Source: Lachnospiraceae bacterium
GTDB taxonomy: Bacteria > Bacillota > Clostridia > Lachnospirales > Lachnospiraceae
Direction: 5' to 3'
NCBI GenBank assembly: GCA_017540605.1
Contig: JAFYAS010000046.1
Location: 38,330 to 102,329 of the forward strand
DNA: 64,000 bases
Positions 18,098 to 27,239 of this stretch are shown here, piece by piece; position 1 is the stretch's first letter, and every line of letters starts with the position of its first letter. The translations under genes were made by a program, and so were the position numbers. The notes beneath the pieces are model-generated. The model saw only the letters and a program-made list of their open reading frames with translations, was not told the DNA's origin and did no database searches.

Positions 18098-19168
18098 TCA
18101 TTTTTGAACCTCTTCTATAAGTCCCATGATGATGCCGATAGAATCGGCCATTTCACTTCCCATCATGGTCTTTTTATATTCTTCTCTGTTCTCATAGACC
18201 TCTTTGACAGCCTTCAAAAGAGATTCATGATTTACCTCTTCTTCAAGAAGCACATAGGAAAATCCCTGTTTCTTAAAGGATCCGGCATTTAATATCTGGT
18301 CTCCTCTGCTTGCTGCCTTTGAAAGGGGTATCAAAAGATTGGGCTTTCTTAAAGCCAGTATCTCACAGATAGCATTGGCTCCGGCTCTGGATATCATAAT
18401 ATCTGTCAGCGCAAAGAGATTGGAAAGCTCCTTCTTAACATATTCAAACTGAATATATCCTTTCGTACACTTAAGGCCTTCATCGAGATTGCCTTTTCCG
18501 CAGATATGTATGATCTGAAAATGCTTCAAAAGCTCAGGAAGACACTCTCTCACTGCACCGTTTATAGCAGCGCTTCCAAGGCTTCCTCCGATGACCAAAA
18601 GAACAGGAAGGCCTTCATCAAATCCGCAGAGCTTTCTCGCCGCTTCCCTATCGCCTTCATATAACTCCTGTCTGATAGGAGAACCCGTAAGAACAGCCTT
18701 GCTCTCAGGAAGATAAGAAAGAGTTTCAGGGAAATTGCAGCACACCCTGTCAGCGCAAGGCATGGATAGCTTGTTGGCAAGTCCCGGTGTCAGATCAGAT
18801 TCATGGATGATCACGGGAATACCAAGCCTTTTTGCAGCCCATACAACAGGAACGGACACAAAGCCGCCCTTTGAAAACACTACATCAGGTTTTAGCTTTT
18901 TAAGTATCCTTCCGGCTTCATTGGCACCCTTTATAACCTTTCTCGGTTCCTTGATGGTCTTCAATGTAAAGTATCTTCTAAGCAAGCCCGATGAGATACC
19001 ATAATACGGCACGCCGGTTTCTTCTATAAGTTTTTTTTCTATACCCTCATATGAACCTATATAGTATATCTCATAGCCCGCCTCTCTTAAAGAGGGCATC
19101 AAAGCCATATTCGGGGTTACATGACCTGCGGTACCACCGCCTGTCAAAACTATCTTTTTTCCTGCCAT
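18098..19168 (-). CDS. murG: UDP-N-acetylglucosamine--N-acetylmuramyl-(pentapeptide) pyrophosphoryl-undecaprenol GlcNAc transferase
   Basis: MAGKKIVLTGGGTAGHVTPNMAL is the G-loop typical of MurG. The 356-aa GT28 architecture matches. Confidence 0.92.
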   Translation of the reverse strand: MAGKKIVLTGGGTAGHVTPNMALMPSLREAGYEIYYIGSYEGIEKKLIEETGVPYYGISSGLLRRYFTLKTIKEPRKVIKGANEAGRILKKLKPDVVFSKGGFVSVPVVWAAKRLGIPVIIHESDLTPGLANKLSMPCADRVCCNFPETLSYLPESKAVLTGSPIRQELYEGDREAARKLCGFDEGLPVLLVIGGSLGSAAINGAVRECLPELLKHFQIIHICGKGNLDEGLKCTKGYIQFEYVKKELSNLFALTDIMISRAGANAICEILALRKPNLLIPLSKAASRGDQILNAGSFKKQGFSYVLLEEEVNHESLLKAVKEVYENREEYKKTMMGSEMADSIGIIMGLIEEVQK

Positions 19169-19179
19169 CAGGTACTCTC

Positions 19180-19830
19180 CTAATCTGCGGTAATAAACAG
19201 GGCGTCAAGCTTTTTAAGGTCTTCCCCATTAAGCGAATAGTTGCCATCGCCTCCTGTGATCTCAACCTTTACCGATGCCTGATCACCATAAGACAGAGAA
19301 TCAAGCTTCGCCTCTATGATAGCCAAAACACCCTCAGCAAATTCAGACTCATACTTGCCTGTTCCGTAATCGTCAAATTCGCCGTTGTTTTTCCTTGCAT
19401 TGAAGCTCTCGGTAAGAGCTATCACCTCTGCTTCGGTATCAGGCAAAAGTTTTATGGGCCGGACGACAACCTCTACGACAGCACCCTCTCCATCAGCTTC
19501 CTTTACCTCATAATCAGCCTTTTCGTATATACGCTTGGTGATATCAATGTACTTATCCCGAAGTTCCTTGTTATCTGAAGGTATGTTTATCCCATAATAC
19601 CCTGCAAGGGAAGAAGCGAGTGTACCCATACCATCCTTGTAGGAATCGTAAAGAGCATCCTTCTCGCTACCCGTAAGCTTTGCATAGCTACTTACATCTC
19701 CCTTATAATTGGCATCAAGATAAGCAAGGACATACTTTTTATAGTCTTTATTACTCGCACCGCTTTTTCCGCAGCCTGAAAGGATCAAAAGGCAGATCAA
19801 AAGCGGCAGTAATATGATCGATCTTTTCAT
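19180..19830 (-). CDS. Lipoprotein of unknown function
   Basis: A signal peptide with a lipobox (LLILSGC) is present. The ATG at 19830 abuts the metG stop codon (19831-19833), which suggests translational coupling. Confidence 0.75.
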   Translation of the reverse strand: MKRSIILLPLLICLLILSGCGKSGASNKDYKKYVLAYLDANYKGDVSSYAKLTGSEKDALYDSYKDGMGTLASSLAGYYGINIPSDNKELRDKYIDITKRIYEKADYEVKEADGEGAVVEVVVRPIKLLPDTEAEVIALTESFNARKNNGEFDDYGTGKYESEFAEGVLAIIEAKLDSLSYGDQASVKVEITGGDGNYSLNGEDLKKLDALFITAD

Positions 19831-21792
19831 TTACCTAACCTCTGCACCATGAGGCATAAAGAACTCTGTGGTAAGAAGTGAAAGCGCCCCCTCCTGATCC
19901 TCAGCGCAAAGGAGCATACCCTCCGACATAAAGCCGGCAAGCTTTGCGGGCTCAAGATTCGTCACTGCGATAACCTTCTTTCCTATCATCTCCTCAGGCT
20001 CATATTTGGCATGGATACCTGATACGATCTGTCTTACCTCACTTCCGAACTTCACCTGCGAGCATAGAAGCTTCTTAGATTTCGGAATAGCACGACAATC
20101 TATGACCTCGCCTACACGAAGCTGGAGCCTATCAAAATCTTCAATAGTAACCATAGGCTTTTCAGGGATATCGATACCCTTGTCAACAGGGGCCTCATCC
20201 ACTGAAACGCTTTGCTCAGGAGGCATAAGCTCCTCTACCTTCTTCATTACCTCATCAAGATCAGCTCTTGCAAAGAGTATCTCAGGGGAATCGGTAACCT
20301 TTGTTCCTGACTGATATCCGCCAAACTCAGTAAGCTCCTCTATCTTTCTGGGAGAAGCATTAAGCTGTGCAAGTATCCTGTCAGCAGTCTCAGGCATAAA
20401 TGACTTTAAGTAGCTTGCGCCGTGAACAATACTCTCAACCAGGTTGTAAAGCACGGTCTGAAGTCTTGCCTGCTGCTCGGGATCCTTAGCAAGAACCCAA
20501 GGCATAGTTTCATCAATATATTTGTTGCATCTCTTAAAGAGATTGAATATCTCTGTAATGGCATCTGCCACACGAAGCTTGTCCATGCAGGAATTCACTT
20601 TATTCCTGGTTCCGAGAACAACCTCCTTTAGATCCTTGTCCACATACTCTGACGCCTTGCCGTTGGTGATCACACCATCGAAATACTTGTTGGCCATAGA
20701 GATAGTTCTGTTCACAAGGTTGCCAAGGGTGTTGGCAAGCTCAGAATTCATACGCTCTACCATAAGATCCCACGAGATCACACCGTCATTGTCAAAGGGC
20801 ATCTCATGAAGCACGAAGAATCTTACAGCATCAACACCGAAGATGCTTACAAGATCGTCGGCATATATTACATTGCCCTTGCTCTTACTCATTTTTCCGT
20901 CGCTCTGTAAAAGCCAGGGATGTCCAAAGATCTGCTTAGGCAAAGGAAGATCCAGAGCCATAAGCATGATAGGCCAGTAAATGGTATGGAAACGGAGAAT
21001 ATCCTTTCCGATCAAATGAAGATCACAGGGCCAATAACGATCAAACAGCTTGTCGCTCATTCCATCAACATCATAGCCAAGTCCGGTTATGTAGTTTGAA
21101 AGAGCATCGATCCATACATAGATCACATGCTTGGGATCAAAATCAACAGGGATACCCCATTTGAAGGATGTACGTGAAACGCACAGATCCTGAAGTCCCG
21201 GAAGAAGGAAGTTGTTCATCATCTCATTCTTTCTTGACTCCGGCTGAATAAAATCAGGATGTGTAACTATATAATCGATCAGCTTGTCGCTATAATTTGA
21301 AAGCTTGAAGAAGTAAGCCTCCTCCTCAGCCTTTTCAACAGGGCGTCCGCAGTCGGGGCACTTGCCATCCTTAAGCTGAGTCTCAGTGAAGAAGGACTCA
21401 CAGGGAGTACAATACATACCGACATATTTGCCCTTGTATATATCACCTTTATCATAAAGCTTCTTAAAGATCTTCTGAACCTGCTTCTCATGCTCCTCAT
21501 CAGTGGTTCTTATGAACTTATCATAAGAAGTGTTCATCAGATCCCAAATTCTCTTGATCTCACCGGCTGTACCATCCACGAATTCCTTCGGTGTGATACC
21601 CGCCTCGTTCGCCTTTTGCTCGATCTTTTGGCCATGCTCATCAGTACCGGTCTGAAAGCGAACATCATAACCCACAAATCTCTTGTAACGCGCAATGGCA
21701 TCTGCGAGGACTATCTCATAGGTATTCCCTATATGAGGTTTGCCTGATGTATAGGCGATCGCAGTAGTAATGTAATACGGTTTTTTTGCCAT
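19831..21792 (-). CDS. metG: Methionine--tRNA ligase with C-terminal tRNA-binding (EMAP-like) domain
   Basis: The HIGN motif (GKPHIGNTYE), a zinc knuckle (CTPCESF...CPDCG) and KMSKS (DGKMSKSKGN) are all present. Confidence 0.95.
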   Translation of the reverse strand: MAKKPYYITTAIAYTSGKPHIGNTYEIVLADAIARYKRFVGYDVRFQTGTDEHGQKIEQKANEAGITPKEFVDGTAGEIKRIWDLMNTSYDKFIRTTDEEHEKQVQKIFKKLYDKGDIYKGKYVGMYCTPCESFFTETQLKDGKCPDCGRPVEKAEEEAYFFKLSNYSDKLIDYIVTHPDFIQPESRKNEMMNNFLLPGLQDLCVSRTSFKWGIPVDFDPKHVIYVWIDALSNYITGLGYDVDGMSDKLFDRYWPCDLHLIGKDILRFHTIYWPIMLMALDLPLPKQIFGHPWLLQSDGKMSKSKGNVIYADDLVSIFGVDAVRFFVLHEMPFDNDGVISWDLMVERMNSELANTLGNLVNRTISMANKYFDGVITNGKASEYVDKDLKEVVLGTRNKVNSCMDKLRVADAITEIFNLFKRCNKYIDETMPWVLAKDPEQQARLQTVLYNLVESIVHGASYLKSFMPETADRILAQLNASPRKIEELTEFGGYQSGTKVTDSPEILFARADLDEVMKKVEELMPPEQSVSVDEAPVDKGIDIPEKPMVTIEDFDRLQLRVGEVIDCRAIPKSKKLLCSQVKFGSEVRQIVSGIHAKYEPEEMIGKKVIAVTNLEPAKLAGFMSEGMLLCAEDQEGALSLLTTEFFMPHGAEVR

Positions 21793-21816
21793 GTTAAAAA
21801 CCCTCCTTAAAATTTT

Positions 21817-21855
21817 AGTAGAAATGATTACTAATCATGTAGTAAAAATGATTAC
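21817..21855. promoter_or_regulatory. Direct repeat plus 15-bp palindrome in the metG / divIVA-like divergent intergenic region
   Basis: AGTAGAAATGATTAC (21817-21831) and AGTAAAAATGATTAC (21841-21855) match at 14 of 15 positions. ATGATTACTAATCAT (21824-21838) is a perfect palindrome. The site lies 25-60 nt upstream of the metG start. Confidence 0.4.
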
Positions 21856-22024
21856 CAGAAAAAAATTATACCCATTAAAAAAATGGGTGTCAACCTTAAT
21901 GTGCAAGTTATCTAAATTCCTTTTCAAAAATTTAGGCATTTTTTTGAATTTTAGGTTTGAAATATTTTGGATAATATAGTAGAATAGTCCTTAGTGAAAT
22001 TTTTATTGAAAAGAGGTTTATGCA

Positions 22025-22762
22025 ATGAAAGATTACTCGAATATGTCTAGTCAGGAATTCGGTTTTTCTCTTTTTGGTATCAAAAAGGCAGAGGTTAAGA
22101 GCTTCCTCGTAGAAGCAGAGGATGCATTTAAAGAGATGAAAAAGAAGGTCGACAGTCTTGAATCAGATCTTGAGACTCTCTCAAAGACCAGCCAGGAGAA
22201 TGCTCTGAAGAACTACAATCTTCAAAAGGAATTGGACGACAAGACAGACGATCTCAAAAAAGCCAATGATCGTGTAAGAAAGCTCGAAGCAGAGCTTGCA
22301 AATATTAAGAACGGTGGTCCCGCACACAAGCCTCAGGGCGGTCTAGGTCCCAAGCCTCAGGGTGGTCCTAAGCCTGCCGGCGCTCCACATGGCGGTCCTA
22401 AGCCTGCCGTCGCTCCCCAAGGTGGTCCCAAGCCTCAGGCAGCTCCTACCGGAGCTCCAAAGCCCCAGGCTGCACCTCAAAGTGCACCCAAGCCCCAGGT
22501 TGCTCCACAGCCTCAGGCAGCACCCAAGCCCGAGAAGCCTTCAACAGGCGGTTTCAAGATGGCAGGAAGCGGCGGATCTTCAGCTCCCAAGAGCTTTAGG
22601 ATGGCAGGACTCAACAATCATCAGGCACCCAATCCCAAGCCTGCTGATGATGACGATGACGACGGAGTATTCAGCGGAGAGGTTGAGGACAATGTAAAGG
22701 TAAGCAACGCTTTCCGTATAGGTAATGACGACGATCCCGATGAGGGCTTCGATTTCATCTAG
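22025..22762 (+). CDS. DivIVA domain protein with Pro-rich decapeptide repeats and acidic tail
   Basis: The N-terminus FGFSLFGIKKAEVKSFLVEAEDAF followed by coiled coil is DivIVA/GpsB-like. A (G)GPKPxxAPx repeat region follows, then a poly-Asp tail. Confidence 0.8.
   Translation: MKDYSNMSSQEFGFSLFGIKKAEVKSFLVEAEDAFKEMKKKVDSLESDLETLSKTSQENALKNYNLQKELDDKTDDLKKANDRVRKLEAELANIKNGGPAHKPQGGLGPKPQGGPKPAGAPHGGPKPAVAPQGGPKPQAAPTGAPKPQAAPQSAPKPQVAPQPQAAPKPEKPSTGGFKMAGSGGSSAPKSFRMAGLNNHQAPNPKPADDDDDDGVFSGEVEDNVKVSNAFRIGNDDDPDEGFDFI
22313..22540 (+). repeat. In-frame 30-nt tandem repeats (PKP-rich decapeptides) inside the DivIVA-domain gene
   Basis: GGPKPAGAPH / GGPKPAVAPQ / GGPKPQAAPT / GAPKPQAAPQ / SAPKPQVAPQ can be read directly from the translation. 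Confidence 0.85.
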
Positions 22763-22774
22763 GAAGATACAGCA

Positions 22775-22808
22775 AAAAGAACGGTTCTCGAACCGTTCTT
22801 TTTTTTGC
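22775..22808 (+). terminator. Intrinsic terminator of the DivIVA-domain gene
   Basis: AAGAACGGTTC-TCG-GAACCGTTCTT is followed by TTTTTTT. Confidence 0.88.
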
Positions 22809-22829
22809 GCTACTAATGTGATCAGATGT

Positions 22830-22851
22830 AATTGTTCACTACAGCTCTCAG
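22830..22851 (-). repeat. Right-end fragment of the TAACTGTTCA repeat family, inverted orientation
   Basis: AATTGTTCACTACAGCTCTCAG matches the reverse complement of the last 22 bp of the 146-bp element at 20 of 22 positions. It overlaps the scrB stop codon. Confidence 0.55.
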
Positions 22852-24338
22852 ATAACAAAGGTCTGATCCACTGATGTTTTTAAGCTCCAAGCCTTCATAT
22901 CTACCTCTCCCGCATGAAACGCCAAGTAGCGTTCACTCTCATCAGGAAATACTCTTGATGTGAAGGTCGCCTCCCCATCATTTACAAAGATCTCCACCGA
23001 GCTTTTATCAGTATAGATTTGAAGCTTATAAAGGTCATCAATAAGCTTCGATCCTCTTGTAAAGCCTTCGTTTTCATTGAAGGTTGTCTTCATATTTCCT
23101 CTGTCAAAGGTCAATAGCTTAGCCTCACTGTCATATCGTAAAGAAAGCCCACCTTCTCCTCTTTCATCCGTAAATAAAGATATCTTAAAGTCCTTACTCT
23201 TAACATCGATCAAAAGCTCATAAGTCTTAGGAAGCTCATAGATACCATCCTCGTTATCGGTGATATCAAGCTCTTCATCTCGGATAGATACTATCTCCCT
23301 TACCGGTCTTTGATATAGTCTTCCTTCCTTTATAGAAAGCTCCCTTGGCAATGTCAGACAACCTGACCAATCCTCTTCATCCGTAGGATAGGAAACATCA
23401 GGAAGGCCCATCCATGCAGACATAATAGTTCTCTCATCCTTTGTATTGAACGCACAGGCAGCCGCATAAAAATCGAAGCCTTCATCAAGCACAGAAAAAT
23501 CCTTCTCCGGTGTAAAGATAAGATCATCCCAATCCATCCTTCCCACAATATTGACATTCTGATTGGTTCCGTTGCCACGACCGGGAAGCTTCAGATATTG
23601 AGGACAGAATATCAGCACATCCTTATCGCCTATATGCTCGATGGATGGGCATTCCCACATTCCGCCAAAGCTCTCATAGCCCGGTACCTTAAGCTCACCC
23701 AAAAACTCGTAGTCTGAGGCAGGCTTTTGGGATCCATATATCAGGATACATCCTCTCTCATCCTTTGTCCTTGCACCGATCACAATATAGTAACGGTTCT
23801 TTTCGGGAAATGCCACAAGCTTTGGATCTCTTTGGTGCTCGGTATAATCCGGATGCTCTTTAAATAAGGGATGGGTAGCTTTTTCAATCCTGCCCTCCTT
23901 ATCCATTTTCGCAAGACAGGTATAGGGATGTCTTATATAATCGTCATCACGATTGTTCCCGGTATAATAAAGGAAAAGCTTGTCTTCAAGAGAATAACCT
24001 GATCCGGAATACACACCCTTGTTGTCATAGACATACTCTTCCTCCGGCTTTAAACCTACTCCTACATTCTTCCAGTTCACAAGATCCTCTGATACCACAT
24101 GATACCAGTATTTTAGACCGTGAACCGCACCCCAGGGGCACCATTGATAAAACATATGCCACTTCCCACCGAAATAGGAAAAACCGTTGGGATCATTTAT
24201 CAGTCCTGTTACCGCCTGTATATGATAGGTCTGTCTGTATACCGAATCTTTGGTATCTTCATAAAGCCCTAAAAGCTCCGAAGGATCCTCAAGATACTTA
24301 TATCTTTCCTCATTTGTCCATGTCCTCATAGGCATCAC
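22848..24338 (-). CDS. scrB: Sucrose-6-phosphate hydrolase (GH32)
   Basis: The GH32 motifs NDPNGFSYFGGKWHMFYQ, RDPK and WECP are present. Candidate starts are GTG 24338, ATG 24335 and ATG 24329, and 24329 has the best RBS spacing. The gene overlaps the ptsI stop. Confidence 0.9.
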   Translation of the reverse strand: MMPMRTWTNEERYKYLEDPSELLGLYEDTKDSVYRQTYHIQAVTGLINDPNGFSYFGGKWHMFYQWCPWGAVHGLKYWYHVVSEDLVNWKNVGVGLKPEEEYVYDNKGVYSGSGYSLEDKLFLYYTGNNRDDDYIRHPYTCLAKMDKEGRIEKATHPLFKEHPDYTEHQRDPKLVAFPEKNRYYIVIGARTKDERGCILIYGSQKPASDYEFLGELKVPGYESFGGMWECPSIEHIGDKDVLIFCPQYLKLPGRGNGTNQNVNIVGRMDWDDLIFTPEKDFSVLDEGFDFYAAACAFNTKDERTIMSAWMGLPDVSYPTDEEDWSGCLTLPRELSIKEGRLYQRPVREIVSIRDEELDITDNEDGIYELPKTYELLIDVKSKDFKISLFTDERGEGGLSLRYDSEAKLLTFDRGNMKTTFNENEGFTRGSKLIDDLYKLQIYTDKSSVEIFVNDGEATFTSRVFPDESERYLAFHAGEVDMKAWSLKTSVDQTFVI

Positions 24339-25975
24339 CCTTTGTACTCAGATACATTGGTCTCCAACACGATCTTTCTGATAGGAAGAATCCTTCCCGG
24401 AGATACAGAAAGCTCGTCATAGCCCATAGCCAAAAATTCCTTTGTAAGACTTAGGTCTGCACCAAGCTCTCCACATATGCCCGCCCAGGCACCATGCCTG
24501 TGAGCAGCATCCACTATCATCTTAAGCATACGCATTACAGCCGGATGATGAGGATCGTAGAATTCATCAAGAGACTGATTCTGCCTATCTATAGCCAATG
24601 TGTACTGAGTAAGATCGTTGGTTCCAACACTGAAGAAATCAACCTCTTTGGCAAGCTCGTCAGCGATCATAACGGCCGCAGGAGTTTCTATCATAATACC
24701 AAGCTCTATATCCTTGTCATAGGAAATCCCATCAGCATCAAGCTCCGCTTTAACCTCTGCCACTATCTCCTTGATACGTTTCACTTCACCTAAGGATATG
24801 ATCATAGGAAACATTATGGATATCTTTCCAAAAGCGCTTGCTCTAAGGATAGCACGAAGCTGGGTCTTAAATACCTCAGGCCTCGTAAGACATATCCTGA
24901 TAGCACGAAGTCCCATAGCAGGATTCTCTTCCTTTGGAAGCTTGAAATAATCAGCCTGCTTATCCGCACCGATATCAAGCGTACGGATAATAACCTTCTT
25001 TCCAGCCAAGGTCTGAGCCACCTGTTTATATATTGCAAACTGCTCATCCTCAGTGGGATAATCATCAGATCCCAGGTAAATGAATTCTGATCTGAAAAGA
25101 CCGATGCCCCCTGCATCATTTTTAAGAACAAGTCCAAGATCCTTGGTGTTTCCTATATTGGCATAAAGGTTTATCTTCTGACCGTCAAGGGTCACATTAT
25201 CCTTGCCCTTAAGTTCTTCAAGAAGCTTCTTCTTTTCATCCTCTTCCAAAACTAACTTCTTCTTTGCAGCAAGGATCTCCTCATCAGGCTCCACATATAC
25301 CTTCCCTTCATTTCCGTCGACGATGGCAAGCTTTCCGTTAAGCTCCTCTGAAAGGGGCACAGGACAGCCTATGATAGCGGGAATACTCATAGTCTTTGCA
25401 AGGATAGATGTATGCGAATTGGCAGATCCATGCACAGTAACAAATGATAATATCTTGTCCTTATCCATCTGAACAGTCTCAGAGGGAGCAAGATCGTCTG
25501 CCACTACGATCACAGGCTCATCTGACACAATACCACCGGAGCCCGCGCCTGAAAGAGCATTCAATATACGCTCGGTGATATCCTTGATATCAGCTGCTCT
25601 TCCTCTAAAGTATTCCTCCTCCATCTCAGAAAACATCTTGTAGAAATTGTCACCGGTCTGAGCCACAGCATACTCTGCATTGACACCCTCTGTTTCTATG
25701 ATGCTCTCAGCGGATTCAATATAGTCCTCATCATCAACCATCAGCTGGTGAGCCTCGAATATCTCTGCCCCGGACTCTCCAACCTCCTTTACAGCCTTTT
25801 CATAAAGCGCCTTCAATTCATCTATGGCAACCTCTCTGGCATCGGCATAGCGTTTCTTTTCAGCCTCGGTATCATCTACCTTCACTCTCTTAACCGACTG
25901 CTCCTTCTTTTGGTAAATGTTTAGCTTGCCAATGGCAATACCCTCAAATACTGCCTTACCCTCATATATAACCAT
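24335..25975 (-). CDS. ptsI: Phosphoenolpyruvate--protein phosphotransferase (PTS Enzyme I)
   Basis: 546 aa, with the active-site region GSANSHTSILAKTMSIPAI and C-terminal PEP-utilising motifs (GTNDLTQY, CGE). A GGAGGG RBS is present. Confidence 0.93.
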   Translation of the reverse strand: MVIYEGKAVFEGIAIGKLNIYQKKEQSVKRVKVDDTEAEKKRYADAREVAIDELKALYEKAVKEVGESGAEIFEAHQLMVDDEDYIESAESIIETEGVNAEYAVAQTGDNFYKMFSEMEEEYFRGRAADIKDITERILNALSGAGSGGIVSDEPVIVVADDLAPSETVQMDKDKILSFVTVHGSANSHTSILAKTMSIPAIIGCPVPLSEELNGKLAIVDGNEGKVYVEPDEEILAAKKKLVLEEDEKKKLLEELKGKDNVTLDGQKINLYANIGNTKDLGLVLKNDAGGIGLFRSEFIYLGSDDYPTEDEQFAIYKQVAQTLAGKKVIIRTLDIGADKQADYFKLPKEENPAMGLRAIRICLTRPEVFKTQLRAILRASAFGKISIMFPMIISLGEVKRIKEIVAEVKAELDADGISYDKDIELGIMIETPAAVMIADELAKEVDFFSVGTNDLTQYTLAIDRQNQSLDEFYDPHHPAVMRMLKMIVDAAHRHGAWAGICGELGADLSLTKEFLAMGYDELSVSPGRILPIRKIVLETNVSEYKG

Positions 25976-25993
25976 ACCGTAAAACCCTCCTTT

Positions 25994-26869
25994 TTAAACA
26001 TCCGCCTCTGCATCCATAGCAAGCTTTATGGCACCCAAAATGCCCTGATCATCATTGCAGCCTGCAGGGATGATGTAGCTATCAATATCATCAAGCTCTT
26101 TTGTAACAAGGTATCCGTTCAATTCCTTCAATACCTTCTTTCTGATAAGAGGAAACAGCTGAAGCTGATGCATCACGCCTCCACCCAAAATGATCTTTTT
26201 GGGACTAAGGGTAAGTATAAGATTGGCCAAAGCCTGTGCTATATAAAAGCTTTCAAGCTCCCAGACCTCTGCATTATCAACCAGCTCCTTAGCAGGCTTT
26301 CCCCATCTGGCTTCTATGGCGGGACCTGCAGCAAGACCCTCAAGGCAGGTTCCGTGATAAGGACACTTGCCCTCGTATGTATCGGATTCATGCTTTACAA
26401 GCTTCATATGTCCAAGCTCAGGATGCATCATACCATGAACCACCTTGCCACCGGAAAGTATGCCACCGCCGACACCGGTTCCTATGGTAATATAAAGGGC
26501 ATCCGAAAGACCCTTTGCCGCTCCCCAGGTCACCTCACCAAGCAGGGAGCCATCTACATCCGTATCAAAGCCCACCGGCACACCTAGAGCTTTTTTCATA
26601 GTGCCAACCATATCAAAATCTATCCAGGGAAGCTTGGGAGTTCTTAATATATGACCATAAGAAGGTGAAGCCTTATCTACATCTATGGGGCCAAAGCAGC
26701 CTATACCCAAAGCCCTTATATCCTTGTCCTTAAAATAATCTATGATAGCCGGCATGGTATCCTCGGGAGTCTTTGTGGGAACAGATATCTGTTCGTATAT
26801 CTTCCCGGTCTCATCTCCGATAGCACATACCATCTTTGTACCTCCGGCCTCCAATGCACCGTATAACAT
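25994..26869 (-). CDS. scrK: ROK family fructokinase
   Basis: MLYGALEAGGTKMVCAI is the ROK ATP-binding motif. The Zn motif is HPELGHM...CPYHGTCLEG. An ATG at 26869 follows GGAG. The track extension to 26926 is the translation of a hairpin. Confidence 0.88.
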   Translation of the reverse strand: MLYGALEAGGTKMVCAIGDETGKIYEQISVPTKTPEDTMPAIIDYFKDKDIRALGIGCFGPIDVDKASPSYGHILRTPKLPWIDFDMVGTMKKALGVPVGFDTDVDGSLLGEVTWGAAKGLSDALYITIGTGVGGGILSGGKVVHGMMHPELGHMKLVKHESDTYEGKCPYHGTCLEGLAAGPAIEARWGKPAKELVDNAEVWELESFYIAQALANLILTLSPKKIILGGGVMHQLQLFPLIRKKVLKELNGYLVTKELDDIDSYIIPAGCNDDQGILGAIKLAMDAEADV

Positions 26870-26884
26870 ATCTTCTCTCCTTAA

Positions 26885-26924
26885 AACAACACAGTCGGAG
26901 CATCCGTCAAAGGGATGCTCCGAC
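26885..26924 (-). terminator. Strong intra-operon stem-loop (terminator/attenuator or processing site) between ptsH and scrK
   Basis: A perfect 12-bp stem GTCGGAGCATCC (26894-26905) / GGATGCTCCGAC (26913-26924) has a 7-nt loop. On the minus strand it is followed by TGTGTTGTTTT. Confidence 0.6.
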
Positions 26925-26936
26925 ACACATAAACTA

Positions 26937-27194
26937 TTAGAGATTAGCCTTCAAAAAAGCCTCGATAGCAGCAGCTGCTGCCTCCTCGTCATCGCCCTCG
27001 ACTGTGACAGTAACCTCATCACCCTTTACGATACCCATACCCATGAGTTTCATAAGAGATGTAGCCTTGGCACTCTTTTCACCCTTTACGAACATAATGG
27101 TGCTTGAGTACTTCTTAGCCTCCTGAACAAGAAGTCCTGCAGGACGAGCATGAATACCTACCTCATCTGTGATCACATACTTAAATTCCTTCAT
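26937..27194 (-). CDS. ptsH: Phosphocarrier protein HPr
   Basis: 85 aa. His15 is in the context GIHARPAG, and the regulatory Ser46 is in the context KATSLMKLMGMG. Confidence 0.93.
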   Translation of the reverse strand: MKEFKYVITDEVGIHARPAGLLVQEAKKYSSTIMFVKGEKSAKATSLMKLMGMGIVKGDEVTVTVEGDDEEAAAAAIEAFLKANL

Positions 27195-27239
27195 AAGTGT
27201 ACCTCCTAATATATTATAATTGTTTTATGTTCTACTTAT

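Noticed and set aside
17801-18292. 163-aa plus-strand ORF
   Set aside because: It overlaps the SRP RNA gene, the murG terminator and the 3' end of murG. The translation has no protein-like features.
21793-22024. T-box riboswitch upstream of metG
   Set aside because: No T-box consensus, specifier-loop architecture or terminator/antiterminator pair could be found. The region is also too short and AT-rich.
22362-22697. 111-aa alternative-frame ORF inside the DivIVA-domain gene
   Set aside because: It is a frame-shifted reading of the Pro-rich repeats. There is no independent start signal.
26870-26926. Upstream extension of the fructokinase ORF (MSEHPFDGCSDCVVLRRED)
   Set aside because: It is a translation of the 12-bp-stem hairpin. 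ROK kinases start at the GGTK ATP-binding motif, which follows the ATG at 26869.
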